From Camelus ferus (taxonomy: Eukaryota): a stretch of DNA of 64,000 nt. Made by a program: the position numbers and the translations under genes. The notes beneath the pieces are model-generated. The model worked only from the letters and a program-made list of their open reading frames with translations. It did not search any database and was not told where the DNA came from. This document shows positions 53,721-64,000 of the stretch, piece after piece. How positions within the stretch are numbered: position 1 is the stretch's first letter; each line of letters opens with the position of its first letter. The stretch is taken from contig NC_045697.1 in assembly GCF_009834535.1 (NCBI RefSeq), forward strand, positions 64,730,001 through 64,794,000, read 5' to 3'.

Positions 53721-55679
53721 TTTATTTAAAATAAATTAGTTCTGTTGTGGATTTGGGAAGGGAGGAAAAACTTGGGAACTTGCATTGACTTAGTACCTGT
53801 CATCTGATCTAAATATTCTATATATACATTCCATGTATATGAGCTAGGCATCTTCAGAAATGGTATAGGTTTATGTGTTCTTCACTGACTATTCATGGAT
53901 CCAAAGGCTTAATAGGTTTCGGTAAGCTTTGTGGATATACCTAGCATCTGGTGCAATTTTTGTGGTGAACTATTTACTACTTTAGGGAGGTATGTGTAAT
54001 TCATGTTAAAATGAAAGTAAAAATTATTCAGGGGGCAGCATCTTAAAATGTCGTGATTTCTATATATAGAAAAAACTCCAGAAAGTTCATACTATCATTC
54101 AATTCAGTATAAAAATATTTCTGTTTTTTAAGCTGCAAAATGAATCCAGAGTCATTATTCTTCATAGCACATAACCCTCTAATCGTATTTAGAGGAATAA
54201 AATAAAGTTTACCAACAATGAAGAAGGGGGACCAGAAAATTTGTTGATGACATATCCAATGAACACAGTTTTGGACAATAGAATGGATGTTAGGCCTGAC
54301 TAGATCTATTCATTCTCCTGTCAACAGTTGGCATGCCTCCTTCACAATGGCAGAAAAGCTACACAAAGTTTCTCTCTTTTACAAACAGCATATAGAGCAA
54401 CTTCCCTGCCACTCTGTGATCTTTATTTGAGATATCTTTCTACAAAATAGATGAAAAAATTACACTATTATTAAAGAGTGATAACTACTTTAGTTTATAT
54501 ACCAGAACAGTGAAGATACTGTTTTTGTTCATGCTAATGACTAATAACTGGAAGAAATTCTACCTTAACTAGAAAAACATGGTGATCCATGATGCTAAAA
54601 TGTGCCAAAGATAACACATTTTTTTCTGATACGTATTATACAGTTTCACCTAAAGTTTGAGCAGTCTTGTGTAATGTTGGTGCTATCACTACAGTGGTTG
54701 ATTGTGGAAATTTGCTATTAAAAGCTGTTCAGTTTCACATTCTTGTCTCTGAAGTGCTGCCTAGTCTAGAGATTTATTTCACTGTGATTAACATTGCACC
54801 TAAAGGTTACCTATCAGAGTCTCTTATTTAGCAAATGTTCTTTCTTGTAAGTAGTTACCCCTTTAAAAGTTAAAAATGATCACATATGTATTCGTTCACT
54901 AATTCATGTATGCAACACAAACATAGTATGTGGACATTAATTTGTTTACAAAATGCCTCAAATATCACCAGAAAGCTGTTGGAGCAAGTAGCCTCCAATT
55001 GGCATTAATAAACTGTATAATGATGTTCCTTTTTCTTTTATCATTCCTTCATAATTCTGTCTGATACATTTAACTTCAAAAATTATATTTGTATATTTTC
55101 TCAAAATATAGAATTTCCTGTTCTTTTTCTTTATACATGTAAATGGTTTATCTCTGCAAACTTGCTTTCCTTCTTTCCAAATTATATAATCTTCAGGAGT
55201 TGTTTTCTATCAGATTATAATATAGTCTGAAGGACTTCCAAGCTTATCTAGTGTAAACTTGCATTTGCAACTTCTACAGAAAAACCTGCTTACTTAGATT
55301 CATTGCATATTTGAAAATTTGTTAAGCATCAGTGAACTGTGATTATTTCTCTAGCTTCATTTGTTTTATCTTAATTCAAAAAGGACCTTTGGAATTTCTT
55401 AAGTATTGACACAAATAAATCTCTAATTGTATTTAGGTAAATAATACAAAGTTTTATTGGGAAATGGGACTCTAGAGCATGAAACTTCTTAGAATATTCT
55501 TTTCAGATTTTCACTGCTTTATAAAAACTATCTACAAGGTGAAGTCAAAGGCCAATAAAGCTGAAGTGTGGATCTCTGAACAGCAATTTTGACTTAAGGC
55601 CTTAATATATGTTGAAATGTTTTGCACAAGTATTATTATGATTGGTGATATTGTTAAAATATTCAATCATATAATCACA

Positions 55680-56220
55680 TTTTATTTATTGAACAAATTG
55701 TTATTTATTGCCTAATGTGTGACAAGCACTTTCCTTTGCATTGATTTTTGTTTTTTATGAATATAACCAACAGAATCTCTTACATCATGGAACCTGTATT
55801 CTAGGGAGGAGAAGAAAACAAACAAACAATAAATAGATATGTAATCTATCAGACGGTAATATTTACTATGCTAAAAAATAAGCCAGGGAAGGAAGAAGTG
55901 GTGTGGAGGAAGAGGCTGCAGTTTTAAATAAGGTGATAAAGAAAGGTCTCATTAAGGAAGTTATTTGAGCAAAGACTTAAAGCAGTTAAGAAAACCAGCC
56001 ATGTGTTTGTCTAAGGGGGAGAGCATCCCGAGCAGAAGGGAGAACAAGATAAGATCCTTGAAGAGGGAACATGTGTTTTGTGTTCTAGGAACAATAAAGA
56101 GGTTGTGGGTAACTGGATGTTAATGAGGAGGATGCTAAATAGTATAATCTGAGATCTGAAATTTAACAAAGGATCCAATTACAGAAGGCTCTTTAAGCCC
56201 CTGGAAGAATTTTGACTATT
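55680..56220 (-). mobile_element. L2a-like 3' fragment
   Basis: tttatttattgaacaaat...tgcctaatgtgtgacaagcact...atttgagcaaagactt...cagccatgtg. Confidence 0.8.
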
Positions 56221-57409
56221 TCTACAAATCTGTTGATATGCCTGCAATTCCTGGCTGCCTCTGACATTCCAGCTACTTTTCACAGCTACTTTTTGTCTTG
56301 TCCAAGTTTTCCCAGAATATTTACGTTGGTTTCTCAGATACGTGCTCTCGTTACTCTTCTGAAGTTTCTGTATATTTGATTTTGGTGGTGGGCATGAGGA
56401 ACCTTTACTAGTTTGTCATCTTGTTGGAACCTTGAAGTATAAAATTGTTTTGAAATACAATTTGAGAAGTAAGTATTTCAGACTTTGAGAGGCTATTGAA
56501 GTTATTTTCCGTACCTTCATATAATATGTAAGTTCTGAGGTTTTCCAGCCTCTGTGAATAATATCTAACTACAAGAGGAAGCACATTACATTTTTGGACA
56601 ATTTAATTAGAAGAAAAAAATTTCCTTATATTAAGTTATACCTTTTAAAATAAACATACTCAATACTTCTATAGACTCCCATAGATTAAATGCATAGTTT
56701 ATATGATTATGACCAAGAAGGAATATGAAACATTACTTCTAATTCTTCAGGTTTTCAACTTTTGATAGGTAACTTACTGATCATATAACTATGACTTGTT
56801 CAAGAGGTTAAGTGTCATCTCAGACTGACAAGAAATCAGGTATTCCCCTCAAATTCTAAGAGAACTTTAGCTAGAGAAATTTCTTCAGAATGTTAAGCAG
56901 CACCAAGGAAGATATGGCTGAAAATAAGGTGAAGTTAAAGTAAGGGGAAATAATAAAAGTTCAAGGTTTTTTTAGCTATAAGTAGACACCTTAAAGAAAA
57001 CAATTGCAGAGCAGATTTTAAGGAATGCTAAGTCCATGAATAGTCAATAATCTATTGCTAGTCCCCACTCCAGATCATAGGTGACAGTGATGTTGCTTTT
57101 CTAGGAGCCATTCTCTGAGAACCAGGATTCTCAAAGGCAATTATTCTTAGGGTAATATATTACCTAGGTAATTACTCTTAGGGTAGTATATTTTAGGTAG
57201 TTAGAAAAACGTCTTCAAATAGGGATCTAGGATTCTTGCAAGTTTTGGATTCTTTGTCTTACAGGGTCTCGACTGCATACAAGTACCAGGAGCTAAAGAT
57301 CATACAAAAGCTCACTTGGTGCTTAACCCCTTGAACTCGAAATGGCATATATCCTACTTCTAGTCACTCTTTTGACCAAACCTAACTATAAAAGAAGCTA
57401 GAAAATATC

Positions 57410-57530
57410 AATGGAATTCCAGATCCTAACACCAGAGATTCTGATTCAGTATATCTGAGGAAGCATGTTTGATTTTTAAATGCTCTGACAGTAATTGAGT
57501 TGTTCATTAAGTTTCAGAATTCTGGTTCTA
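57410..57530. mobile_element. MER5-like hAT-Charlie fragment
   Basis: ccagagattctgattcagtatatctg...gatttttaaatgctc...aagtttcagaattctgg. Confidence 0.55.
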
Positions 57531-57729
57531 CCACTATAGTTCAATAAGAAATATTGAGTTTCTATTACAAGAAAGACACTATGCTAGACACTAGGGACTA
57601 TTTACTTTGATGAAAAGTTAAACATTAGCCCTGTATTTCCGTCCAGGGTTTGGGGGTGGGAGCAGCTTCAAGCCTAATGAGAGAAAGATAAACACAGGCC
57701 TCTGTGCCGGGTTAATTCTTTGGAAGTGA

Positions 57730-58365
57730 TTTGAAACTCTGTCTCTACTTCCTCACCTCCGATTCACTCTTTAACCCATTTCAATTTGGCTTCCACTCTC
57801 ACCAGTTTCATTGAAATTGATTTTATTAAAATAATCAATAATGTCTATGTTACCAAACACAGAATAAGGATACTCATTTTTCCTCATATGACAAATTTTT
57901 TGAGTAGCATTTCATGTAGTTGACTGTTCCTAATTATTTGAAAAACTTTTCCTCTTTTTGCTTCTTTTAATGCTTTTCTTATTTGATACTCCCTCTAGAT
58001 CAATAGTGGTACCTTCTAATCCACCCTGAATTGTGTTTCTTCTTCTAATTAAGACTAGATTGCTTCTTGGATTTGTTCTGGTTTCTCTTATCTCCATTTG
58101 CAGTATTTCCTTATGTGATCATGTCCAGTCTCAGGTCTTTAATTCCCAAAAGTATGTTGATGACTTTCAAATGTATGTCTCCTACTCAGACCTCTTTTTC
58201 TTAAGCTTCATTTCCACACATCAATTGCCAACCTAATGTCTCTACTTGCATTTTAATAGACATCTAAAACAGAACATATACAAAAAGGAACTTGTGATTT
58301 ATATCCTATTACTCTGCCAGTTATCACTGCTTCTGCAAAATGGAACCTCCATTGACTCAGTGGTC
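57730..58365 (+). mobile_element. L2 LINE fragment
   Basis: tatgttgatgactttcaaatgtatgtctcc...cagacctct...tctacttgcattttaatagacatctaaaac. Confidence 0.75.
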
Positions 58366-58369
58366 AGGG

Positions 58370-58960
58370 GATTGGAAGTCTCTGTGGCTGAAGAACAGAC
58401 GTAATGGAATGAATCTTTAGGGCTCTAGAAAGACCGTGTAGAGAGTAAGCTATTAGATTTTAAGATATCTCATGTAGAGTATGTACAGGTGATGTCAGGG
58501 ACTACTTACTGGTCATAGGTGTAGTGGAAGTAATGGACATTGGGATTAAGAAAGATAAAAACTGTGTTGTTAGTATGATTCGTAAGTAATCAACATGTAT
58601 GTCTCATAATAAGTCATCAACATGTACCTATCAACTGTATCAGGATGGTGGATTTGGGATAGAGAGTAAGATTCTGAACTTTATTGAATGAATTGATTGA
58701 CTAGTGAGGAGGTGATCAATGACAATGATGAGGAGGATAATAGGGTAGTATAGCCAGATGGATGGGTTTCAGAAGAGATTATTTTACTCTGTGGTGTACA
58801 AGTAATAGTTTGAAATTGTTTTAAGAAGTAAACAATGTTAACTCCCCATTTCTGGTTGCAGTAGGTCCTGGTTTGTAAAAAAATAAATCTCTAGTTGAGC
58901 AGTGTCCTGTAGAGAAATCTAGGGTTTATTCAAAGGCAGCAATCTTCCATAAAGGAGTTG
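58370..58960 (-). mobile_element. L2 LINE internal fragment
   Basis: Resembles 12.6-13.2 kb (gctattagattttaagatatc, gggtagtatagccagatggatgggtttc, agtaatagtttgaaa). Confidence 0.55.
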
Positions 58961-60249
58961 AAAATATTAATGGAATGCAATTACCATGGAATGATAATGG
59001 AGAACAATAATCGTGTGTAGGTATGGAAGGCATTAGTCAAAGGAAAAAAACAGGAAGAAAATGAGAAGATGATAATTGTTTAAATAGGCATACATTTTGG
59101 ACAGTAACCATATATACCAGAAGTTAGAATCATGATTAAATTAGCTGGCCTCAAAGTCTCATCAAGAATTTCACTGGCTTTCCAAGCTCCTTCCAAGCTC
59201 CAAGTAGAATCCTGGGATGAATTTCTAAATCATTTTGTGGCTGAACCATTTTGTGACTTAATTTTTGTTTAAAATGGCCTCATAAAAAGATGTCTTATAG
59301 TTTCTCACATCTGATTGCCTGAAACTTGGCAAACTGACTCCTTAATAAAACAGACGCTATAAGGAAAACAGTACTTTTAAATATGGGGTACCATCTTCAG
59401 ATGGGTATGCATACATGAATTCTTGTAATCCTGATATTGATATACATTGAATACATTTTGTTTAAATTCTGGATCAAGGAAATGGTTTCAAACTGCTTCT
59501 TCATTAAATCATGAACAATTTTTTAAAACACTGAAAATGTGAAAACATATGAACAATTTTTAAAAACACATTAAATTATAAAAGAAGATTTTAAAACACT
59601 GTTATATTTGTTCAACGTAACATCCATCTGCATACTCAGAAACCAGAATTCACAGAAATATTTTGTAAATTTGTTTTAGAATTTATGTTAAATGAAGGAA
59701 AATTTGTTTACTTTTTTATTGGAAACCTATATTTGTTTAAAGTTTAATGTCAAGACTTAAGATATGAAATAACAGTAGATAATCTCTGGGGATCTACTTA
59801 TGTTTTCTTTGTGCACTTCACCTAAGGGTCTTCATACATCAGCAATGCAGTAGAATTCTTTCCAAACTTGATTTTTTTTTTTAACTTGGTCTCTGAGGTT
59901 AATTGCTTTATATCAAGTGTCATAAATAAGCATTCTAACTGGATATATTTTGACTTTTTACATCACATCTGAAGAGGTTAATAAAAAGCCATAGTGTATT
60001 CTCTGTTATCTCCTTTAATATGGCCACAACTATTTAAGTTACCAACTCCTCCCAGCTATTTTTTTTCTTCGAAAGAGGAATACTGCATACCACGTGATTG
60101 AGTCAAGTTGTTCAAAGAGATGAATTAAGGATTTAGTTTGGAGGCATTCATTGTTGTCTCTTCTCTGCACATGTTATTCTAAAAGCAGAATGTTTTGTCT
60201 CAGGAATGGACTAAAATTTTAATATAGATGCAGTTTATTATAATAAAAA

Positions 60250-60380
60250 CCGTACAGATTTTTGAACCCAAAAGTTGAAGATTCAAGTTCTAGCTCATTT
60301 ATTTCTACCTATGTGATTGGTTAATCCACTGAATTTTTCTGATTCTCAGTCTTCTCATCTATAAATGGGAATAAAGAGAG
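60250..60380 (+). mobile_element. MIR SINE fragment
   Basis: ttcaagttctagctc...ctatgtgattgg...tctcagtcttctcatctataaatgggaataa. Confidence 0.7.
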
Positions 60381-61729
60381 CTAACTAAGAGGAATTTCAA
60401 CATTTAAAAGTATTACTGCTCTTTTCTTAAGAATGAAACTAACAATGGCAAGCATATACAACTTTGGCTATTTTTGTAAGATTTAAGATTACCTAACACG
60501 TTATCACTAAAAATAGTACTTGAAAGTTGAATTTTCATAAGTATTTGACTTACAGATAGTCCTCAACTGATTGTGATACAGATCTTGATAGAAGAAAGCA
60601 ATTGGGTACATTTTGCAACCACTTATATCTATTACATACCTAAAAATATTGCCATACTTCTAAGGAAACTCACATCTTATTCACTGCTGTGTAGTCTACA
60701 GTTTTAGTAGAATCATTGTTTTCGCACTGTTTATAAAATATTTTGTAAGGCATCCCCCTTAACAACACCTGTAATGCAGCTCCCTAATATAGTTACTTAT
60801 TCAGTATAAGAAACAGCACAAAACAGGCCATGTTGGGAAAATTTTTCAGTAGATTTCTGTAAAATCTTTCATTGCGTTTGTTACATGTGCTTATGTAATA
60901 AAGAAGATAAAATTACACATGGGTTCAAAGTTTATCAAACCAGGAGGTGTGAGATTTATATTAGTAGAGTACCCTTTTGCTACCTGAAACAATTCACATG
61001 ATGCATTTTTTTCTTTAGAAATGAAGACCTCATCTTATAGGTCTAAAGTGCTTAATTTCAAATGACTTACCTAGTTAAGTTGACTCAGATTGGTAAAATG
61101 ATTTTTTTAAATCTAGAAGCAGAGTTAATTTTTATCTTAAGTATAAAATTAAAATTTTTACTATGTGGAAGACAGGCTAAACTAAATTATTTGTATCCAA
61201 AATGTGTTTTAATCTTTGAAAAGCATGCATAGTGTTCACACTATTTTTTTTTCATACAGATATTTCTGTGACCTATGATTTTACTTATTGTACTATATAC
61301 CAGTTCTCACACTTTTTAAAATGGTAACTGAAGGTGGTATTAAAAGATAGTGATTTGTTATAGGAGAGAAAAAAGCTGAATCTGTTCCGTTTATAAAAAT
61401 ATCTGTAAGTCTTTCTAGTGAATGTATTTTTCAAGAAGCTACTTTCTTTTACTTTCTTATCTTTTTTTTTTTTTTTTAAATGTGCATCATTTCGGTTTGG
61501 AAAGTGAATTGCTGTGGAGTGTATAAAAAGGTCTCTTTTCATAAACCAGTTATTTCTATTTTTTTCATAGTATTTAAGTTTGTAATAATAGGACATAGCT
61601 TCAATTAAATGCGTGATATGTAGAAAGGAGCTGAAACACAGGATGTAAAGCTCTGGATAACTTCACAGAGTCAATATGAAAATATGAAAAAAAAATTAAA
61701 GAATTAACCAGTGTCATTTTTTTTCTAAT

Positions 61730-62695
61730 TTTTAAAAACAATGATAGCATACACATGAGAAATTTACCATCTTACCCATTATTTAGTATGTAGTTTGACA
61801 GTATTAAATATATTCATAATATTGTACTACCATCACCACCACCCATTTCCAAAACTCTTTTCATCTTGTAAAACTGAGATCCTACACCCATTAAACAAAA
61901 CTCCTTATTCCCCTCTCTTTGCAGCCTCAGGCCGTCACCATGTTACTTTCTGTCTCTATGATTTTGACTACTTTAAGTACTTCGTGTAAGTGGATTCATT
62001 TAGTATTTGTCTTATTGTGATTGGCTTGTTTTCACTTAGCATAATGTCTTCAAGGTTCGTTCATGTCACAGTATATGTCAGCATTTCCTTTCTTCTTAAG
62101 AATGAATAATATTCCGTTGTATATATTTACTCCATTTTGCTTATCCTTTCATCCATCAATGAACATTTGGGTTTCTTGCATACTTCAGCTATTGAGAATA
62201 ATACAGCTATGACCATGGGTGTAACAAATGTCTGTTCAAGACCATTTTTTTTCAATTTTAGGGGGTATATACTCTGAAGTGGAATTTCTGGAACACATGG
62301 TAAGTCTATGTTTAATTTTTTGAAGACTGCCATGTTGTTTTTCAAAGCAGATGTACCAGTTTTCATTTCCACCAATGGTACTCAAGGGTTCCAGTTTTTC
62401 TACATCCTTGCTAACATTTATTTTATTTTTTTTTAATAGTGGCCATCTTAATGAGTGCAAGGTGTTACCTCATTGTTGTTTGATTTGCATTTTCCTAATG
62501 GTTAGTAATCTTGAGGGTCTTTTCATTTATCTATTGGCTACCTATATATCTTCTTTAGAGAAATGTCTCTTTCAGTTCTCTGCCAGTTTTTGAATCTGTT
62601 TTGTTGTTTTGTTTTGTTTTGTTTTAGCTTTAGAAGGTCTCCATATATTTGGGTATTATACTCTCATCAGATATATGATTTATTTACAGATATTT
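61730..62695 (-). mobile_element. L1 3' end (L1MA/MB-like)
   Basis: aaatttaccatctta...tctgtctctatgattttgactact. ORFs 62127-62460 (-) resemble the L1 ORF2 C-terminus (IDLP..PEIPL..IYP). Confidence 0.88.
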
Positions 62696-62699
62696 TCTC

Positions 62700-64000
62700 C
62701 TGAAGTGAATCTATTGTAGACAGTATATATTTGGATCATGTTTTTTCAGCCATTCTGTCAACCTCTGTCTTTCACTTGGAGAGCTTATTCCTTTTAGATT
62801 TAAAGTAGTTACTGATAAAGAGGGACTTTTGTCATTTTGCTGTTTGTTTTCATATGTCTTCTAGCTTCACTGTCTCTCATTTCCTGGATTACTGTTTCCT
62901 CTTTTACTTAATTGGTTTTTTGCAGTGAAACATTTAAATTCATTTATCATTCCCTTTTATGTATATCTATAGCTATTTTCTTTGTAGTAATCATGGGGAT
63001 TGCATTTGATATCCTAAAGTTATAACACTCTAGTTTAAACTTATGCCAACTTAACTTCAATAACATACAAAAACTCAGTTCCTTTACACCTTCATCCTCA
63101 GCCCTTTCAGTAGTTGATGTATCAAAATTACATTTATATACATTGTGTGCCCCAAAATATAAATTTAAATGTATTAGTCTCTTAAATTATGAGGAAAATA
63201 AAATGTGCAATTACAAACCATTGTTACAATCAGTAATACTCATTTTTAGACTAATGATTGTATTTTAAATGAAGTATTAGAGTCTTATATAGAAAATAGA
63301 ATTACAAAGTGTCATTACAATAATGCTGACTTTTACAATTGCTTATGTACTTACCTTTACGAGATCTTTATTTCTTTGTGTGGCTTTGAGTTACTGTCCT
63401 TTGAGTTAATGTCCTTTTGTTTCAACCTACAGGACTCTCTCTAGCAATTCTTGCAGGACAGGCCCAATAAAATGAATGCTCTCAACTTTTATTTATCTGA
63501 TTATATCTTAATTTCTCCCTTAGTTTCACTCACTGCCTCTGGCCTCCAAAATATCTAATGAGAAATTTGCTGATAATCTTATTGGGGATCCCTTGTATAT
63601 GATAAGTGCCTTTTCTCTTGCAGCCTTCAAGATTCTCTTTGTCTTTGTCTTTAGACAGCTTGCTTATGATGTGTCTCAGCGTGGGTTTCTTTGAGTTCTT
63701 CCTATTTGATTGTTCATATACCAGCTATTTATATCTATGTCTTTCACTAAGTTTGGAATTTTTTTGCCATTATGTCTTCAGATATTCTTTCTGATCCTTT
63801 CTTTCTCTCTTCTCCTGAGATACAGGCCTTTAAACTCGGTTCACTTTTCTTCAATCTTTTTTCTTTCTCTTCTTCCAACTCAATAATTTCCATTGTTCCC
63901 TCTTCAAGTTTACTGATTCTTTCTTCTGCCTCCTCTTTGAATCCTTCTAGTAAATTTTGCATTTCTGTTATTGTACTTTTCAGTTCCAGAATTCCTTTGT
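62700..64000 (-). mobile_element. Old L1 ORF1 to inter-ORF region, running off the window end
   Basis: ORF 63747-63962 (-) EEAEERISKLEEGTMEIIELEEEKEKRLKKSE resembles the L1 ORF1p coiled coil. gataatcttattggggatcccttgtat...gccttcaagattctctttgtcttt is antisense ORF1-like. Confidence 0.8.

Noticed and set aside
60507..60516. Perfect MEF2 site CTAAAAATAG
   Set aside because: An isolated AT-rich 10-mer that is plausible by chance here.

Overview
AT-rich, CpG-poor mammalian genomic DNA, judged by eye. A tRNA-derived Vic-1-type SINE at 24.07 kb points to a camelid (camel/alpaca/llama). I see no intact protein-coding gene. The ORF track consists of chance ORFs and decayed LINE-1 ORF1/ORF2 pieces. 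A large share of the window is old interspersed repeats (L1, L2, MIR, MaLR/ERVL LTRs, hAT DNA transposons) plus microsatellites, separated by unique, motif-rich stretches that look like conserved non-coding elements. All confidently oriented LTRs lie on the - strand, which suggests the interior of a very long intron of a + strand gene. The most interesting signal is a candidate recursive-splicing site (polypyrimidine-TAG|GTGAGT at 13970/13971) followed by a putative RS-exon with stops in all three frames. There are also two well-formed - strand exon candidates (31455-31528 and 38521-38580) and a twin-primed, 5'-inverted L1 with target-site duplications. Repeat family names come from recalled consensus sequences and their boundaries are approximate. 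No database search was run and the host gene is not identified.
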